A DNA stretch of 64,000 bases from positions 56,604 through 120,603 of the forward strand of contig JADJUP010000026.1 of the NCBI GenBank assembly GCA_016716965.1, written 5' to 3'. Shown piece after piece: positions 20,963-29,845 of the stretch. The position numbers were made by a program, and so were the translations under genes. How positions within the stretch are numbered: the first letter of the stretch is position 1; every line of letters begins with the position of its first letter. Source of the stretch: Sulfuritalea sp. (GTDB lineage: Bacteria; Pseudomonadota; Gammaproteobacteria; Burkholderiales; Rhodocyclaceae). The notes beneath the pieces were generated by a model that did no database searches, was not told where the DNA came from, and was given only the letters and a program-made list of their open reading frames with translations.

Positions 20963-21340
20963 ATGAAAATCGACAGCCTCGACCACCTGGTTCTTACAGT
21001 GCGCGACATCGATGCCAGTATCGATTTCTATGTCAATGTACTCGGCATGGAAGCGGTGAGCTTCGGCACCGGTCGCCGCGCGCTGGCCTTCGGCCGCCAG
21101 AAGATCAACCTGCATCCGGCCGCCACGCCATTCAAGCCACACGCGGTGGCGCCGATGCCCGGCTCGGCCGACCTCTGCCTGCTGACGTCGACGCCGATTC
21201 CGGATGTCGTGGCGCATCTCGGGCTCCGCGGAGTGGACATCGAGGAAGGCCCGGTGACCCGTACCGGCGCCACCGGCCCCATCCTCTCGGTGTACATTCG
21301 CGACCCGGACGGGAACCTGATCGAGGTTTCGAACAATTGA
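20963..21340 (+). CDS. VOC/glyoxalase family protein
   Basis: LDHLVLTVRDIDASIDFY, QKINLH, PGSADLC, SVYIRDPDGNLIE. Confidence 0.9.
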   Translation: MKIDSLDHLVLTVRDIDASIDFYVNVLGMEAVSFGTGRRALAFGRQKINLHPAATPFKPHAVAPMPGSADLCLLTSTPIPDVVAHLGLRGVDIEEGPVTRTGATGPILSVYIRDPDGNLIEVSNN

Positions 21341-21386
21341 CACTCGCGATGCCGTGTCGCCAGCGCCGACTCCTGGATGAACGACC

Positions 21387-22586
21387 ATGAACGAATCCGT
21401 ATCGCCGCAAGTCAGGCGCAACGTCACCCTGCTCGCCGGTTGCCAGGCGCTGCTGCTGTGCAATGCGGTGACCCTGATCGCCGTCAATGGCCTGGCCGGC
21501 GCGCGACTGGCGCCGACTCCCGCGCTGGCGACGCTGACCGTCACCGGCTACGTGATCGGCACGGCGCTGACCACGCTGCCGGCCTCCGCCTTCATGAAGC
21601 GTTACGGCCGTCGTGCCGGCTTCCTGCTCGGCGGCCTGCTCGGCATCCTCGGCGGCATCACCTGCGCCATGGCGGTGACCATCGGCAGCTTCTGGCTGCT
21701 CTGCTTCGGCACCCTGTGCGCCGGCACCTACAACGCATTCGGCCTGCAGTACCGTTTCGCCGCGGCCGACATGGCGCCGACCGACTGGAAGCCCAAGGCG
21801 ATATCCCTGACGCTGGCCGGTGGCATCGTCGGTGGCTTCATCGGCCCCTGGGCGGGGAAGATCACGCGCGACCTGTGGGCGGTCGAGTTCGCCGCCACCT
21901 ATGCCACGCTCTCGGTGTTTGCGGTGATCGCGATGCTGATTGCCAGCCGCCTGCGCGTGCCCGAGATGGCCGGCGGGCCGCAGGCCGGTGCGGGACGACC
22001 ATTGCCGGTGATCGCACGCCAACCGGCTTTCGTCGTCGCGGTGCTGGCAGCGGCGCTGGGCTACGGCACCATGAACCTGCTGATGGCGGCGACCCCGCTG
22101 GCGATGGACATTTGCGGCCTGCCCTTCGGCGACGCCGCCTTCGTCCTGCAATGGCACGTGCTGGGAATGTACGGGCCGTCCTTCTTCACCGGCGGCCTGA
22201 TCAAGCGCTTCGGCGTGCTCAACATCCTGATGGCGGGTGTGGTGCTGATGGTGGCCTGCATAATGTTCGCGATGTCCGGCGTCACGCTGATGCATTTCTG
22301 GTGGGCGCTGTTCCTGCTCGGCGTCGGCTGGAATTTCCTTTACATCGGCGGCACCACGCTGCTGACTGAAACCTACCGGCCCGAGGAGCGCGCCAAGGTG
22401 CAGGGCAGCAACGACTTCATGGTGTTCGGCGTGCAAGCCGTGTCCTCGGTCTCGGCCGGCGCGCTGGTCCTCGGCGGCGGCTGGACCCTGCTCAACCTCT
22501 ACGCGATCCCCGCCGTGTTCGTCATCGCGGTGGCCGTCTTTGCATTGATCCTGCACCGCCGCCGGCTTGCCGCGGGTGCCGCCTGA
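21387..22586 (+). CDS. MFS transporter
   Basis: About 12 hydrophobic segments; MKRYGRRAGF, YRFAAAD, FGVGWNF-like motif. Confidence 0.88.
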   Translation: MNESVSPQVRRNVTLLAGCQALLLCNAVTLIAVNGLAGARLAPTPALATLTVTGYVIGTALTTLPASAFMKRYGRRAGFLLGGLLGILGGITCAMAVTIGSFWLLCFGTLCAGTYNAFGLQYRFAAADMAPTDWKPKAISLTLAGGIVGGFIGPWAGKITRDLWAVEFAATYATLSVFAVIAMLIASRLRVPEMAGGPQAGAGRPLPVIARQPAFVVAVLAAALGYGTMNLLMAATPLAMDICGLPFGDAAFVLQWHVLGMYGPSFFTGGLIKRFGVLNILMAGVVLMVACIMFAMSGVTLMHFWWALFLLGVGWNFLYIGGTTLLTETYRPEERAKVQGSNDFMVFGVQAVSSVSAGALVLGGGWTLLNLYAIPAVFVIAVAVFALILHRRRLAAGAA

Positions 22587-22599
22587 TTCGGAGCATTCC

Positions 22600-23712
22600 A
22601 TGTCGCAACTATTTTCGCCCCATGCCATCGGCCGCCTGCAGCTGACCAATCGCATCGTCATCGCCCCGATGTGCCAGTACTCGGCCATAGACGGCAATGC
22701 CAACGACTGGCACCTCATGCACCTGGGCAAGCTGGCGCTGTCCGGTGCCGGCCTGCTGATCGTCGAGGCCACCGCCGTGGAGCCGGAGGGCCGCATCACT
22801 CCGGGTTGCCTCGGCTTGTGGAACGACGCCAACGAAGCGGCGCTGCGCCGGGTGCTGGCGTCGGTAAGGGAATACAGCCGCATGCCGATCGCCATCCAGC
22901 TTGCCCATGCCGGACGCAAGGCGTCCAGCCACAAGCCCTGGGACGGCGGCCAGCAGGTGGCGCTGGACCAGGGCGGCTGGATTGCCTCCGCACCCTCGGC
23001 CATCCCGCATGCCGCGCACGAACTGCCGCCGGCGGCGCTCGACGCGGCAGGGCTGGATCGCGTACTGCAGGCTTTCGTCGCCGCCGCCGAACGCGCGGCC
23101 CGCCTCGGCGTCGATGCCATCGAACTGCATGCCGCCCATGGCTACCTGTTGCACCAGTTCCTGTCGCCGTTGGCCAACCAGCGCACGGACGAGTTCGGCG
23201 GTTCGCTGGACAACCGCATGCGCTTTCCGCTGGCGGTGTTCGACGCCGTGCGCCGGACTGTCGGCGATCGCGTCGAAGTCGGGGTGCGCATTTCCGCCAC
23301 CGACTGGGTCGACGGCGGCTGGGATATCGAACAAAGCGTGGTTTTCGCGCAGGCCCTGCGCGCACGCGGCCTGGCCTTCATTCACGTATCGAGCGGCGGC
23401 GTTTCGCCGTTGCAGAAGATCGCACTCGGGCCGGGCTATCAGGTGCATCTGGCGGAACGCATCAGGCGCGAAACCGGCTTGCCGACCATGGCCGTAGGAC
23501 TGATTACGGACCCGAAGCAGGCCGAAGCCATCATCGCAGCCGGTCAGGCGGATTTCGTCGCCCTGGCGCGCGGCATCCTTTACGACCCGCACTGGCCCTG
23601 GCATGCGGCGGCCGAGCTGGGCGCCACGGTGGTCGCACCGCCGCAATACTGGCGCTGCCCGCCACGCGATCAGGCGCATCTGTTCGGCGAAATCCACACC
23701 GCCCAGCGCTGA
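22600..23712 (+). CDS. NADH:flavin oxidoreductase (old yellow enzyme, YqjM/XenA-like)
   Basis: NRIVIAPMCQYSA, QLAHAGRKAS, ELHAAHGYLLHQFLSP. Confidence 0.92.
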   Translation: MSQLFSPHAIGRLQLTNRIVIAPMCQYSAIDGNANDWHLMHLGKLALSGAGLLIVEATAVEPEGRITPGCLGLWNDANEAALRRVLASVREYSRMPIAIQLAHAGRKASSHKPWDGGQQVALDQGGWIASAPSAIPHAAHELPPAALDAAGLDRVLQAFVAAAERAARLGVDAIELHAAHGYLLHQFLSPLANQRTDEFGGSLDNRMRFPLAVFDAVRRTVGDRVEVGVRISATDWVDGGWDIEQSVVFAQALRARGLAFIHVSSGGVSPLQKIALGPGYQVHLAERIRRETGLPTMAVGLITDPKQAEAIIAAGQADFVALARGILYDPHWPWHAAAELGATVVAPPQYWRCPPRDQAHLFGEIHTAQR

Positions 23713-23881
23713 GGAAATGGGTGGCCAGGCTGCACAACTTCAGCAGTTGATGGAGTTCTTCACAATCGAGTATGGCAACTCAAGGGTCGGCGCCCCACAG
23801 GGACTTCCTTCGGTCGCCAGCGGCACGGCAAAGCGTGCCCGCCGTACGGCCGCGGTCGAAGGCGACTTCGAGCGCTATTGA
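23705..23881 (+). pseudogene. C-terminal remnant of a methyl-accepting chemotaxis protein
   Basis: SAEEMGGQAAQLQQLMEFF...EGDFERY-stop matches MCP C-terminal helix plus tail; no upstream signalling domain. Confidence 0.7.
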
Positions 23882-23922
23882 CTGGGCGGGTGCGCCACTG
23901 ATCTTTGTGGCCGGCACCCCGC

Positions 23923-24735
23923 TCAGTTAGACATCAGCACCGGCACCGTCATGTGCTGGAGAATGTAGCGCGTGCCGGCGCCGCGGCTGACGAAGGGGAA
24001 GCCGATCTGGCCATGGGCGCCCATCACCAGCAGGTCCGCGCTACGATCGCTGACGCGATTGAGCAGCAGGTCCATGATGCCGAAATCCTCGACGACCAGA
24101 ACCTCCGGTTTGGCCTTCACGCCGTGGTCGGCCAGGTGGCGAACCGCGCTGGCGCAGGAAGCATCGGCATCGTCGCGGCGAGTGGCGAATGAAAGCACCC
24201 AGGCATCCTCGCAGCCTTCCAGCAACGGAAATGCATCGTTGAGTGCATGCGCCGCTTCCCGCGCGTCGTTCCAGGCGATCATCGGCCGCTTGCCGACCGC
24301 GGTGAAATCGCCGGCATAGGGAATCACCAGTACCGGACGGCCACAGTCGAGTACCACGTCCATGACAAAGTCTTCCGGCAGCAGGTTGTTGCCGCCACGT
24401 TCGCGCTGGCCGAGGATGACCAGGTCAGCGTGGCGCGCCTGGGTGGTGACAAGGCGCAATACTTCGGTTTCGCTGCCGCGATTGATGTCGATCCATTCGG
24501 CGCGGTCGAGTCCGGCCGTGGCTTTTTCGAAGGCGGCACGGCTGGCATCGCGTGCCGCGACATACTCGGCACCGGGCCAGGCGATGACGATACCGACTTG
24601 CCGCGCCTGCGCGAGCTGGCCGAATACGCCGATCAGTCGCGCGCCGTGCTGGCGCGCCAGGCTTGCGGCAAGCGCGAGGCGTACGCCGGCGCGTTCGCCG
24701 GCATCGAGGTGGACCATCAGATTCTTTAGTGACAT
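23923..24735 (-). CDS. Tandem universal stress protein
   Basis: ARHADLVILGQ, GRPVLVIP, ADLLVMGAHG, MTVPVLMSN. Confidence 0.88.
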   Translation of the reverse strand: MSLKNLMVHLDAGERAGVRLALAASLARQHGARLIGVFGQLAQARQVGIVIAWPGAEYVAARDASRAAFEKATAGLDRAEWIDINRGSETEVLRLVTTQARHADLVILGQRERGGNNLLPEDFVMDVVLDCGRPVLVIPYAGDFTAVGKRPMIAWNDAREAAHALNDAFPLLEGCEDAWVLSFATRRDDADASCASAVRHLADHGVKAKPEVLVVEDFGIMDLLLNRVSDRSADLLVMGAHGQIGFPFVSRGAGTRYILQHMTVPVLMSN

Positions 24736-24811
24736 GGCAGGCAAACCCTTGCGATGATGAATGGAAAATCGTGCCCCGGCTGACGGGAAACTGGGCGAAG
24801 TATAGAACCAG

Positions 24812-25570
24812 TCACGCCGTCGACTGATCCGGGATGCGGCGCGGAGCTTCGCGTGCGGGCTTGTCGCCGCCGGGTCTCGCCAGCCACTCGCGCATCAGTG
24901 CCGTTTCACGCGCGGTGACGATGGCAAGGAATTCGTCGGCACCGTTCATTAAGCTGAAGGCGTCGAATCCGCGCTGCAGGAAGGAATGCAGTTCGCCGAG
25001 GCCGGCGAGGTGGGCCGGGCCGTGCATCAGTCGCAGCGAAACGCGAATGAGCGGCATGCGCGTCAGGCGGTCGAGGGTCTTGCCTATTTTGTCTACCAGC
25101 GCGATCTGCTCTTCGCGGTCCGTGCGCCTGCCGCAGGCTCGATAGGCGGCGACATAGGCGGGCAAATCGATGTCGCCTTCGCGGCGCGCCTTGCGCAGGG
25201 CCAACACCATGTCGGTATCGAGCGATTCCGACAGGGTGTCCATCTGCACCGCTTCCAGCAGCGTAAGCAGCGCCCGCGCCGGCAACACGCGCACCATGAC
25301 CGGTACCACCCGTGCCAACTCCTCATCGCGGCTGCGAAAGTCCTTGGGTCCGTAGAGGTCGCTGAGGAAGAACTCCGCTGCCGGACGATAGCGCTCACTG
25401 GCGAGCAGGTCGGCATAGGTGCGCGCCAATCGCGCCGACTGCCATTCCTTGAGCGCCGGATAGTCTGCTGCTTCGGGGTCGGCGGCGCGCACGGCGCGCA
25501 GTTCCCGCGCCGCGGCGATGCAGGCAGCCAGTTCGCGGCCGATCGCGTCCTTGTCCAGATCGTCGTCCAT
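24812..25570 (-). CDS. Conserved hypothetical protein (FFLEELY-motif-like)
   Basis: WQSARLARTYADLL...AAEFFLSDLYGPKDF..RD; GLGELHSFLQRGFDAF. Confidence 0.75.
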   Translation of the reverse strand: MDDDLDKDAIGRELAACIAAARELRAVRAADPEAADYPALKEWQSARLARTYADLLASERYRPAAEFFLSDLYGPKDFRSRDEELARVVPVMVRVLPARALLTLLEAVQMDTLSESLDTDMVLALRKARREGDIDLPAYVAAYRACGRRTDREEQIALVDKIGKTLDRLTRMPLIRVSLRLMHGPAHLAGLGELHSFLQRGFDAFSLMNGADEFLAIVTARETALMREWLARPGGDKPAREAPRRIPDQSTA

Positions 25571-25686
25571 TTACTCGAATTATCCTTCGCCGTGGCAGGG
25601 CTTCGTTAGAGTACCCTGCCTAATCCGGTGAAGCCGCGACGCATACACTGGAATACTACGTTGTCCAGTGCAGGAGGAGCCCCGCA

Positions 25687-27132
25687 ATGAACGCAATGGA
25701 ACCGCCAAATTTTGGCGCGAGCGCGCCGGTGGCCGCCACGGCCGCATTCAAACGCACCTTCGCCGAGATGCATGCCGCGACCCGGCGCAATCCCGAGGTC
25801 GATCGCAGTCGCCGCCAGGCGCGTCTCGATGCGCTGCTGGCGCTGGTTCATGACAACGGCGATCGGTTTGTCGATGCGATCGCGGCCGACTTCGGTCATC
25901 GCTCGGCGCACGAAACACGCCTGCTCGAACTGTTTCCCAGCCTCGAAGCAGTGCGCCACACGCGCTCGCATTTCGGCGCCTGGATGAAGCCGCAGAAGAA
26001 GGCACCATCGATCTGGTTTCGTCCGGGCCGGGCGCGCATCATCAACCAGCCGCTGGGCGTGGTCGGCATCATCGTGCCCTGGAACTACCCGCTGTTCCTC
26101 GCCATCTCGCCCATGGCAGCGGCGCTGGCGGCCGGCAATCGGGTCATGGTCAAGATGTCCGAATTCACGCCGCGCACCGGCGAACTGCTGGCCGAACTGG
26201 CGGGCAGGTACTTTGCCGCCGAGGATGTCGCCGTGGTGCTGGGTGATGCGGCGGTCGGCGCCGATTTCGCCCGCCTGCCCTTCGACCATTTGCTGTTCAC
26301 CGGATCGACCAAGGTCGGCCACGACATCATGCGCATGGCGGCAGACAACCTGACGCCGGTCACGCTGGAACTCGGCGGCAAGTCGCCGGCCATCGTCGGC
26401 GCCGACTACCCGCTGGCCAAGGCGGCCGAGCGCATCATGGTCGGCAAGCTGCTCAACGCCGGGCAGACCTGCATCGCGCCCGATTACGTGCTGGTGCCGG
26501 CCGGACGCGAGCAGGCCTTCATCGAGGCGGCGCGCGCCGTGGTGGCGAAGTTGTTTCCCGACATGGCGAACACTCCCGACTACACCGCGATCGTCAACGA
26601 GCGCCATTACCAGCGCCTGCAGGGCTATCTCGCTGATGCACGGGAACGCGGCGCGACCATCGAGCCGTTGTCGACAGCGCAGGCCGACGACGTGCACCGC
26701 CGCCTGCCACCGATGGCCTTGCTTCAGGTCGACGATGGCATGCGCGTGATGCAGGACGAGATCTTCGGCCCGCTCCTGCCGGTGTTGCCCTACCATGACC
26801 TCGATGGCGCGATCTTTCATGTGAACCAGCATCCGCGCCCGCTGGCGCTTTACTATTTCGGCAATGATGGGGCGCAGCGCGACCGCGTGCTCAACGAAAC
26901 CGTGGCCGGCGGCGTCACCATCAACGACACCATCCTGCACATCGCCCAGGAAGAGTTGCCTTTCGGTGGCGTCGGACCCAGCGGCATGGGCCACTACCAT
27001 GGCATCGAAGGCTTCAAGACCTTCACCAAGCAGAAGGCGGTGTTCTACCAGTCCGGGCTCAATGGGATGTCGCTGTTCAATCCGCCCTATGGCGTGCTGT
27101 TCGAGCGCCTGACGAAGTTCCTGATGCGCTGA
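25687..27132 (+). CDS. Aldehyde dehydrogenase (coniferyl/fatty aldehyde DH, CalB/AlkH-like)
   Basis: PWNYP, FTGST, LELGGKSP, catalytic NAGQTCIAPD, EIFGP, PFGGVGPSGMG. Confidence 0.92.
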   Translation: MNAMEPPNFGASAPVAATAAFKRTFAEMHAATRRNPEVDRSRRQARLDALLALVHDNGDRFVDAIAADFGHRSAHETRLLELFPSLEAVRHTRSHFGAWMKPQKKAPSIWFRPGRARIINQPLGVVGIIVPWNYPLFLAISPMAAALAAGNRVMVKMSEFTPRTGELLAELAGRYFAAEDVAVVLGDAAVGADFARLPFDHLLFTGSTKVGHDIMRMAADNLTPVTLELGGKSPAIVGADYPLAKAAERIMVGKLLNAGQTCIAPDYVLVPAGREQAFIEAARAVVAKLFPDMANTPDYTAIVNERHYQRLQGYLADARERGATIEPLSTAQADDVHRRLPPMALLQVDDGMRVMQDEIFGPLLPVLPYHDLDGAIFHVNQHPRPLALYYFGNDGAQRDRVLNETVAGGVTINDTILHIAQEELPFGGVGPSGMGHYHGIEGFKTFTKQKAVFYQSGLNGMSLFNPPYGVLFERLTKFLMR

Positions 27133-27141
27133 AAGTCGGCG

Positions 27142-28047
27142 ATGGCGGCACGGCAATTGCGCTGGCTACTGTTCGCCGAACTGGCGATCTACGGGGTGCT
27201 CGGCGTCTGGCTGGCAGCACGCGGATGGACACCGCTTGAGGCGGCAGGTTTCGGTTTGGCATGTTTTCTTGTAGTGCGACTGTGCCTGGTCCTGCTGACC
27301 TTCGGCTTCATGTTGAGGGGGGCCGGTGCGGTTCCCGAGCAGATGCGCATCGGTCCGCTACAGGCACTGCGCATGGTGCTCGAGGAGTATGCCGCACTGA
27401 TCGTCCTGTTCACCGTGATCCAGCCCTTCGAAGGATTCTGGCTGGGCCCCGACCGCCTCGGCCATTGCGCGACGCGTCCGCTGCCCCTGTTGTTGATCCA
27501 TGGCTACCAGTGCAATCGCGGATTCTGGGTCTGGATGCGCTGGCGCCTGGAAGCAGCAGGCTGGACCGTTGCGACCCACAGCCTGGAGCCGGTCTATGCC
27601 GATATCGACAGCTACTCTGAGGGCATTGCGCGGCGTATCGAAGAGGTGCTGGCGAGCACCGGTGCGCCACAAGTGATCCTGGTCGGACACAGCATGGGTG
27701 GCCTGGCATCCCGCGCCTACCTGCGGTGCCATGGAACCGGGAAGGTGGCGCGCTTGATCACGCTGGGTTCGCCGCATCATGGAACGCTGCTGGCGTGTCT
27801 GGGCCTTGGCCCGAATGCGCGCCAGATGCGCATCGACAGTCCCTGGCTCCGCGCGCTGCCGGCGACGTTGCCGCCGACGTCGGTGTCGATCTACAGTTTG
27901 CACGACAACTACGTGTTTCCGCAGGAGACCAGCTCCCGGCTGGAAGGCGCAAGCAATACGGCCATCAGCGGCGTCAGCCATCTGGGCATGGCCTTTTCGC
28001 CCCGGATGCTGCGCAGTTTGCTGGAAGCGCTCGAAACATCGGATTGA
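27142..28047 (+). CDS. Membrane-anchored alpha/beta hydrolase (lipase/esterase)
   Basis: N-terminal TM helices; LIHGY oxyanion motif, GHSMGG, GSPHHG, SHLGM. Confidence 0.85.
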   Translation: MAARQLRWLLFAELAIYGVLGVWLAARGWTPLEAAGFGLACFLVVRLCLVLLTFGFMLRGAGAVPEQMRIGPLQALRMVLEEYAALIVLFTVIQPFEGFWLGPDRLGHCATRPLPLLLIHGYQCNRGFWVWMRWRLEAAGWTVATHSLEPVYADIDSYSEGIARRIEEVLASTGAPQVILVGHSMGGLASRAYLRCHGTGKVARLITLGSPHHGTLLACLGLGPNARQMRIDSPWLRALPATLPPTSVSIYSLHDNYVFPQETSSRLEGASNTAISGVSHLGMAFSPRMLRSLLEALETSD

Positions 28048-28068
28048 ATCTGAACGATCGGGAACGTC

Positions 28069-29673
28069 ATGAAAGAGTTCGATTACATCGTAGTGGGTGG
28101 TGGTGCCGGAGGCTGTGCCGTGGCGGGTCGCCTTTCGGAAGATCCGGCGGTGAGCGTATGCCTGCTGGAAGCGGGCAAGGGCGACGACCAGTTGCTGATC
28201 AAGGTGCCCTTTTGTACCGCGCTGATGCTGCCGACCTCGATCAACAACTGGGCGTTCGAAACGGTGCCGCAGCCAGGTCTCAACGGCCGGCGCGGTTACA
28301 TGCCGCGCGGCAAGGCCATGGGCGGTTCGACCTCGATCAACGCGATGGTCTATACGCGCGGCCATCCATGGGATTACGACCAATGGGCGGCGTTGGGCAA
28401 TGACGGTTGGTCCTGGCAGGATGTGCTGCCCTATTTCAGGAAATCGGAGCACAACGAGAACTTCGGCGGCGAGTACCACGGGCGGGACGGACCGCTCAAT
28501 GTCGCGAACCTGCGTTCGAAGAATCCCTTTCAGGAAATCTATCTGGAAGCCGCACGCCAGACCGGCTTCAAGCTGATCGACGACTTCAACGGCGCCGACC
28601 AGGAAGGCATCGGCATCTACCAGGTCATGCAGATGAACGGCGAACGCTGGAACGCCGCCCGCGCCTATCTGGCACCGCACATGGCAAGCCGACCCAACCT
28701 GACGGTGATCACCCAGGCGCGGGCGCGACGCGTTGTGTTCACTGGCAAGCGCGCCAGCGCCGTGGAATTCCTGCAGGGCGGCGAAGTCCAGACCGTCCAG
28801 GCGAAACGTGAAGTGCTCCTGGCCGCCGGCGCGATCCAGTCGCCCCAGTTGTTGATGCTCTCCGGCATCGGCGCCGGCGCCGAACTGCAGCAGTTCGGCA
28901 TCCCCGTCATCCACGACCTTCCCGGCGTCGGCAAGAACCTGCAGGACCATCCGGACTATGTCTTCAACTACCGCGCCAGGTCGCTTGACCTGCTCGGCAT
29001 CTCCCTTGGTGGCGCAGTGCAGATGATGAAAGAGGTCGGCCGCTATCGGAGGGAACGCACCGGCATGATGACCTCGAACGGCGCCGAGGGCGGCGGCTTC
29101 CTGCGCCGCTTCCCGGATTCGCCGGCGCCGGAGTTCCAGTTGCACTTCGTAGTCGGCATGATCGACAGCCATGCGCGCAAATTGCATATGGGGCACGGCT
29201 ATTCCTGCCATGTCTGCCTGCTGCGGCCGAAGAGCGTTGGAACGCTGGCGCTGGCCAGTGCCGATCCATTGGCGGCACCTCGCATCGATCCGAATTTTTT
29301 CGGCCATCCCGACGATCTCGAGGCCATGGTCGATGGCTTCAAGCTGACACGCAAGCTGATGGATGCGCCGATCCTCGCGGGTATTCGCACCGGCGAGGTC
29401 TATACGGAAGGGATACATTCCGACGATGCGATACGCGAGGAACTCAGGAAGCGCTCCGACACCATCTATCACCCGATCGGAACCTGCAAGATGGGCAACG
29501 ATGCGATGGCGGTGGTTGATTCGCGATTGCGCGTGCGAGGCCTCGAAGGCCTGCGCGTGGTGGATGCCTCGATCATGCCGACGCTGATCGGCGGCAATAC
29601 CACTGCGCCGACCCTGATGATCGGCGAAAAGGCCGCAGAGATGATACGTAGCGACGCCGGGGTCGCAGCCTGA
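28069..29673 (+). CDS. GMC oxidoreductase (AlkJ/choline dehydrogenase-like)
   Basis: VGGGAGG, PRGKAMGGSTSINAM, NLQDH, YHPIGTCKMG, GNTTAP. Confidence 0.92.
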   Translation: MKEFDYIVVGGGAGGCAVAGRLSEDPAVSVCLLEAGKGDDQLLIKVPFCTALMLPTSINNWAFETVPQPGLNGRRGYMPRGKAMGGSTSINAMVYTRGHPWDYDQWAALGNDGWSWQDVLPYFRKSEHNENFGGEYHGRDGPLNVANLRSKNPFQEIYLEAARQTGFKLIDDFNGADQEGIGIYQVMQMNGERWNAARAYLAPHMASRPNLTVITQARARRVVFTGKRASAVEFLQGGEVQTVQAKREVLLAAGAIQSPQLLMLSGIGAGAELQQFGIPVIHDLPGVGKNLQDHPDYVFNYRARSLDLLGISLGGAVQMMKEVGRYRRERTGMMTSNGAEGGGFLRRFPDSPAPEFQLHFVVGMIDSHARKLHMGHGYSCHVCLLRPKSVGTLALASADPLAAPRIDPNFFGHPDDLEAMVDGFKLTRKLMDAPILAGIRTGEVYTEGIHSDDAIREELRKRSDTIYHPIGTCKMGNDAMAVVDSRLRVRGLEGLRVVDASIMPTLIGGNTTAPTLMIGEKAAEMIRSDAGVAA

Positions 29674-29845
29674 TTCGACGTCCGGCCGGAAATGCCTGCG
29701 CGCATTGCGGCATGCCCTGTTCCGGCGGGGTTCCAGGTCGAGCGCAGGCCGATGTTGGGTGATAGAGTTCAGCGCTCGGGAAGGTTGTTGCCCGATCCAA
29801 AAACGGGAAAGAACCCGGTGGGCAGTGTTTTTGAGGAGAGTTCCC

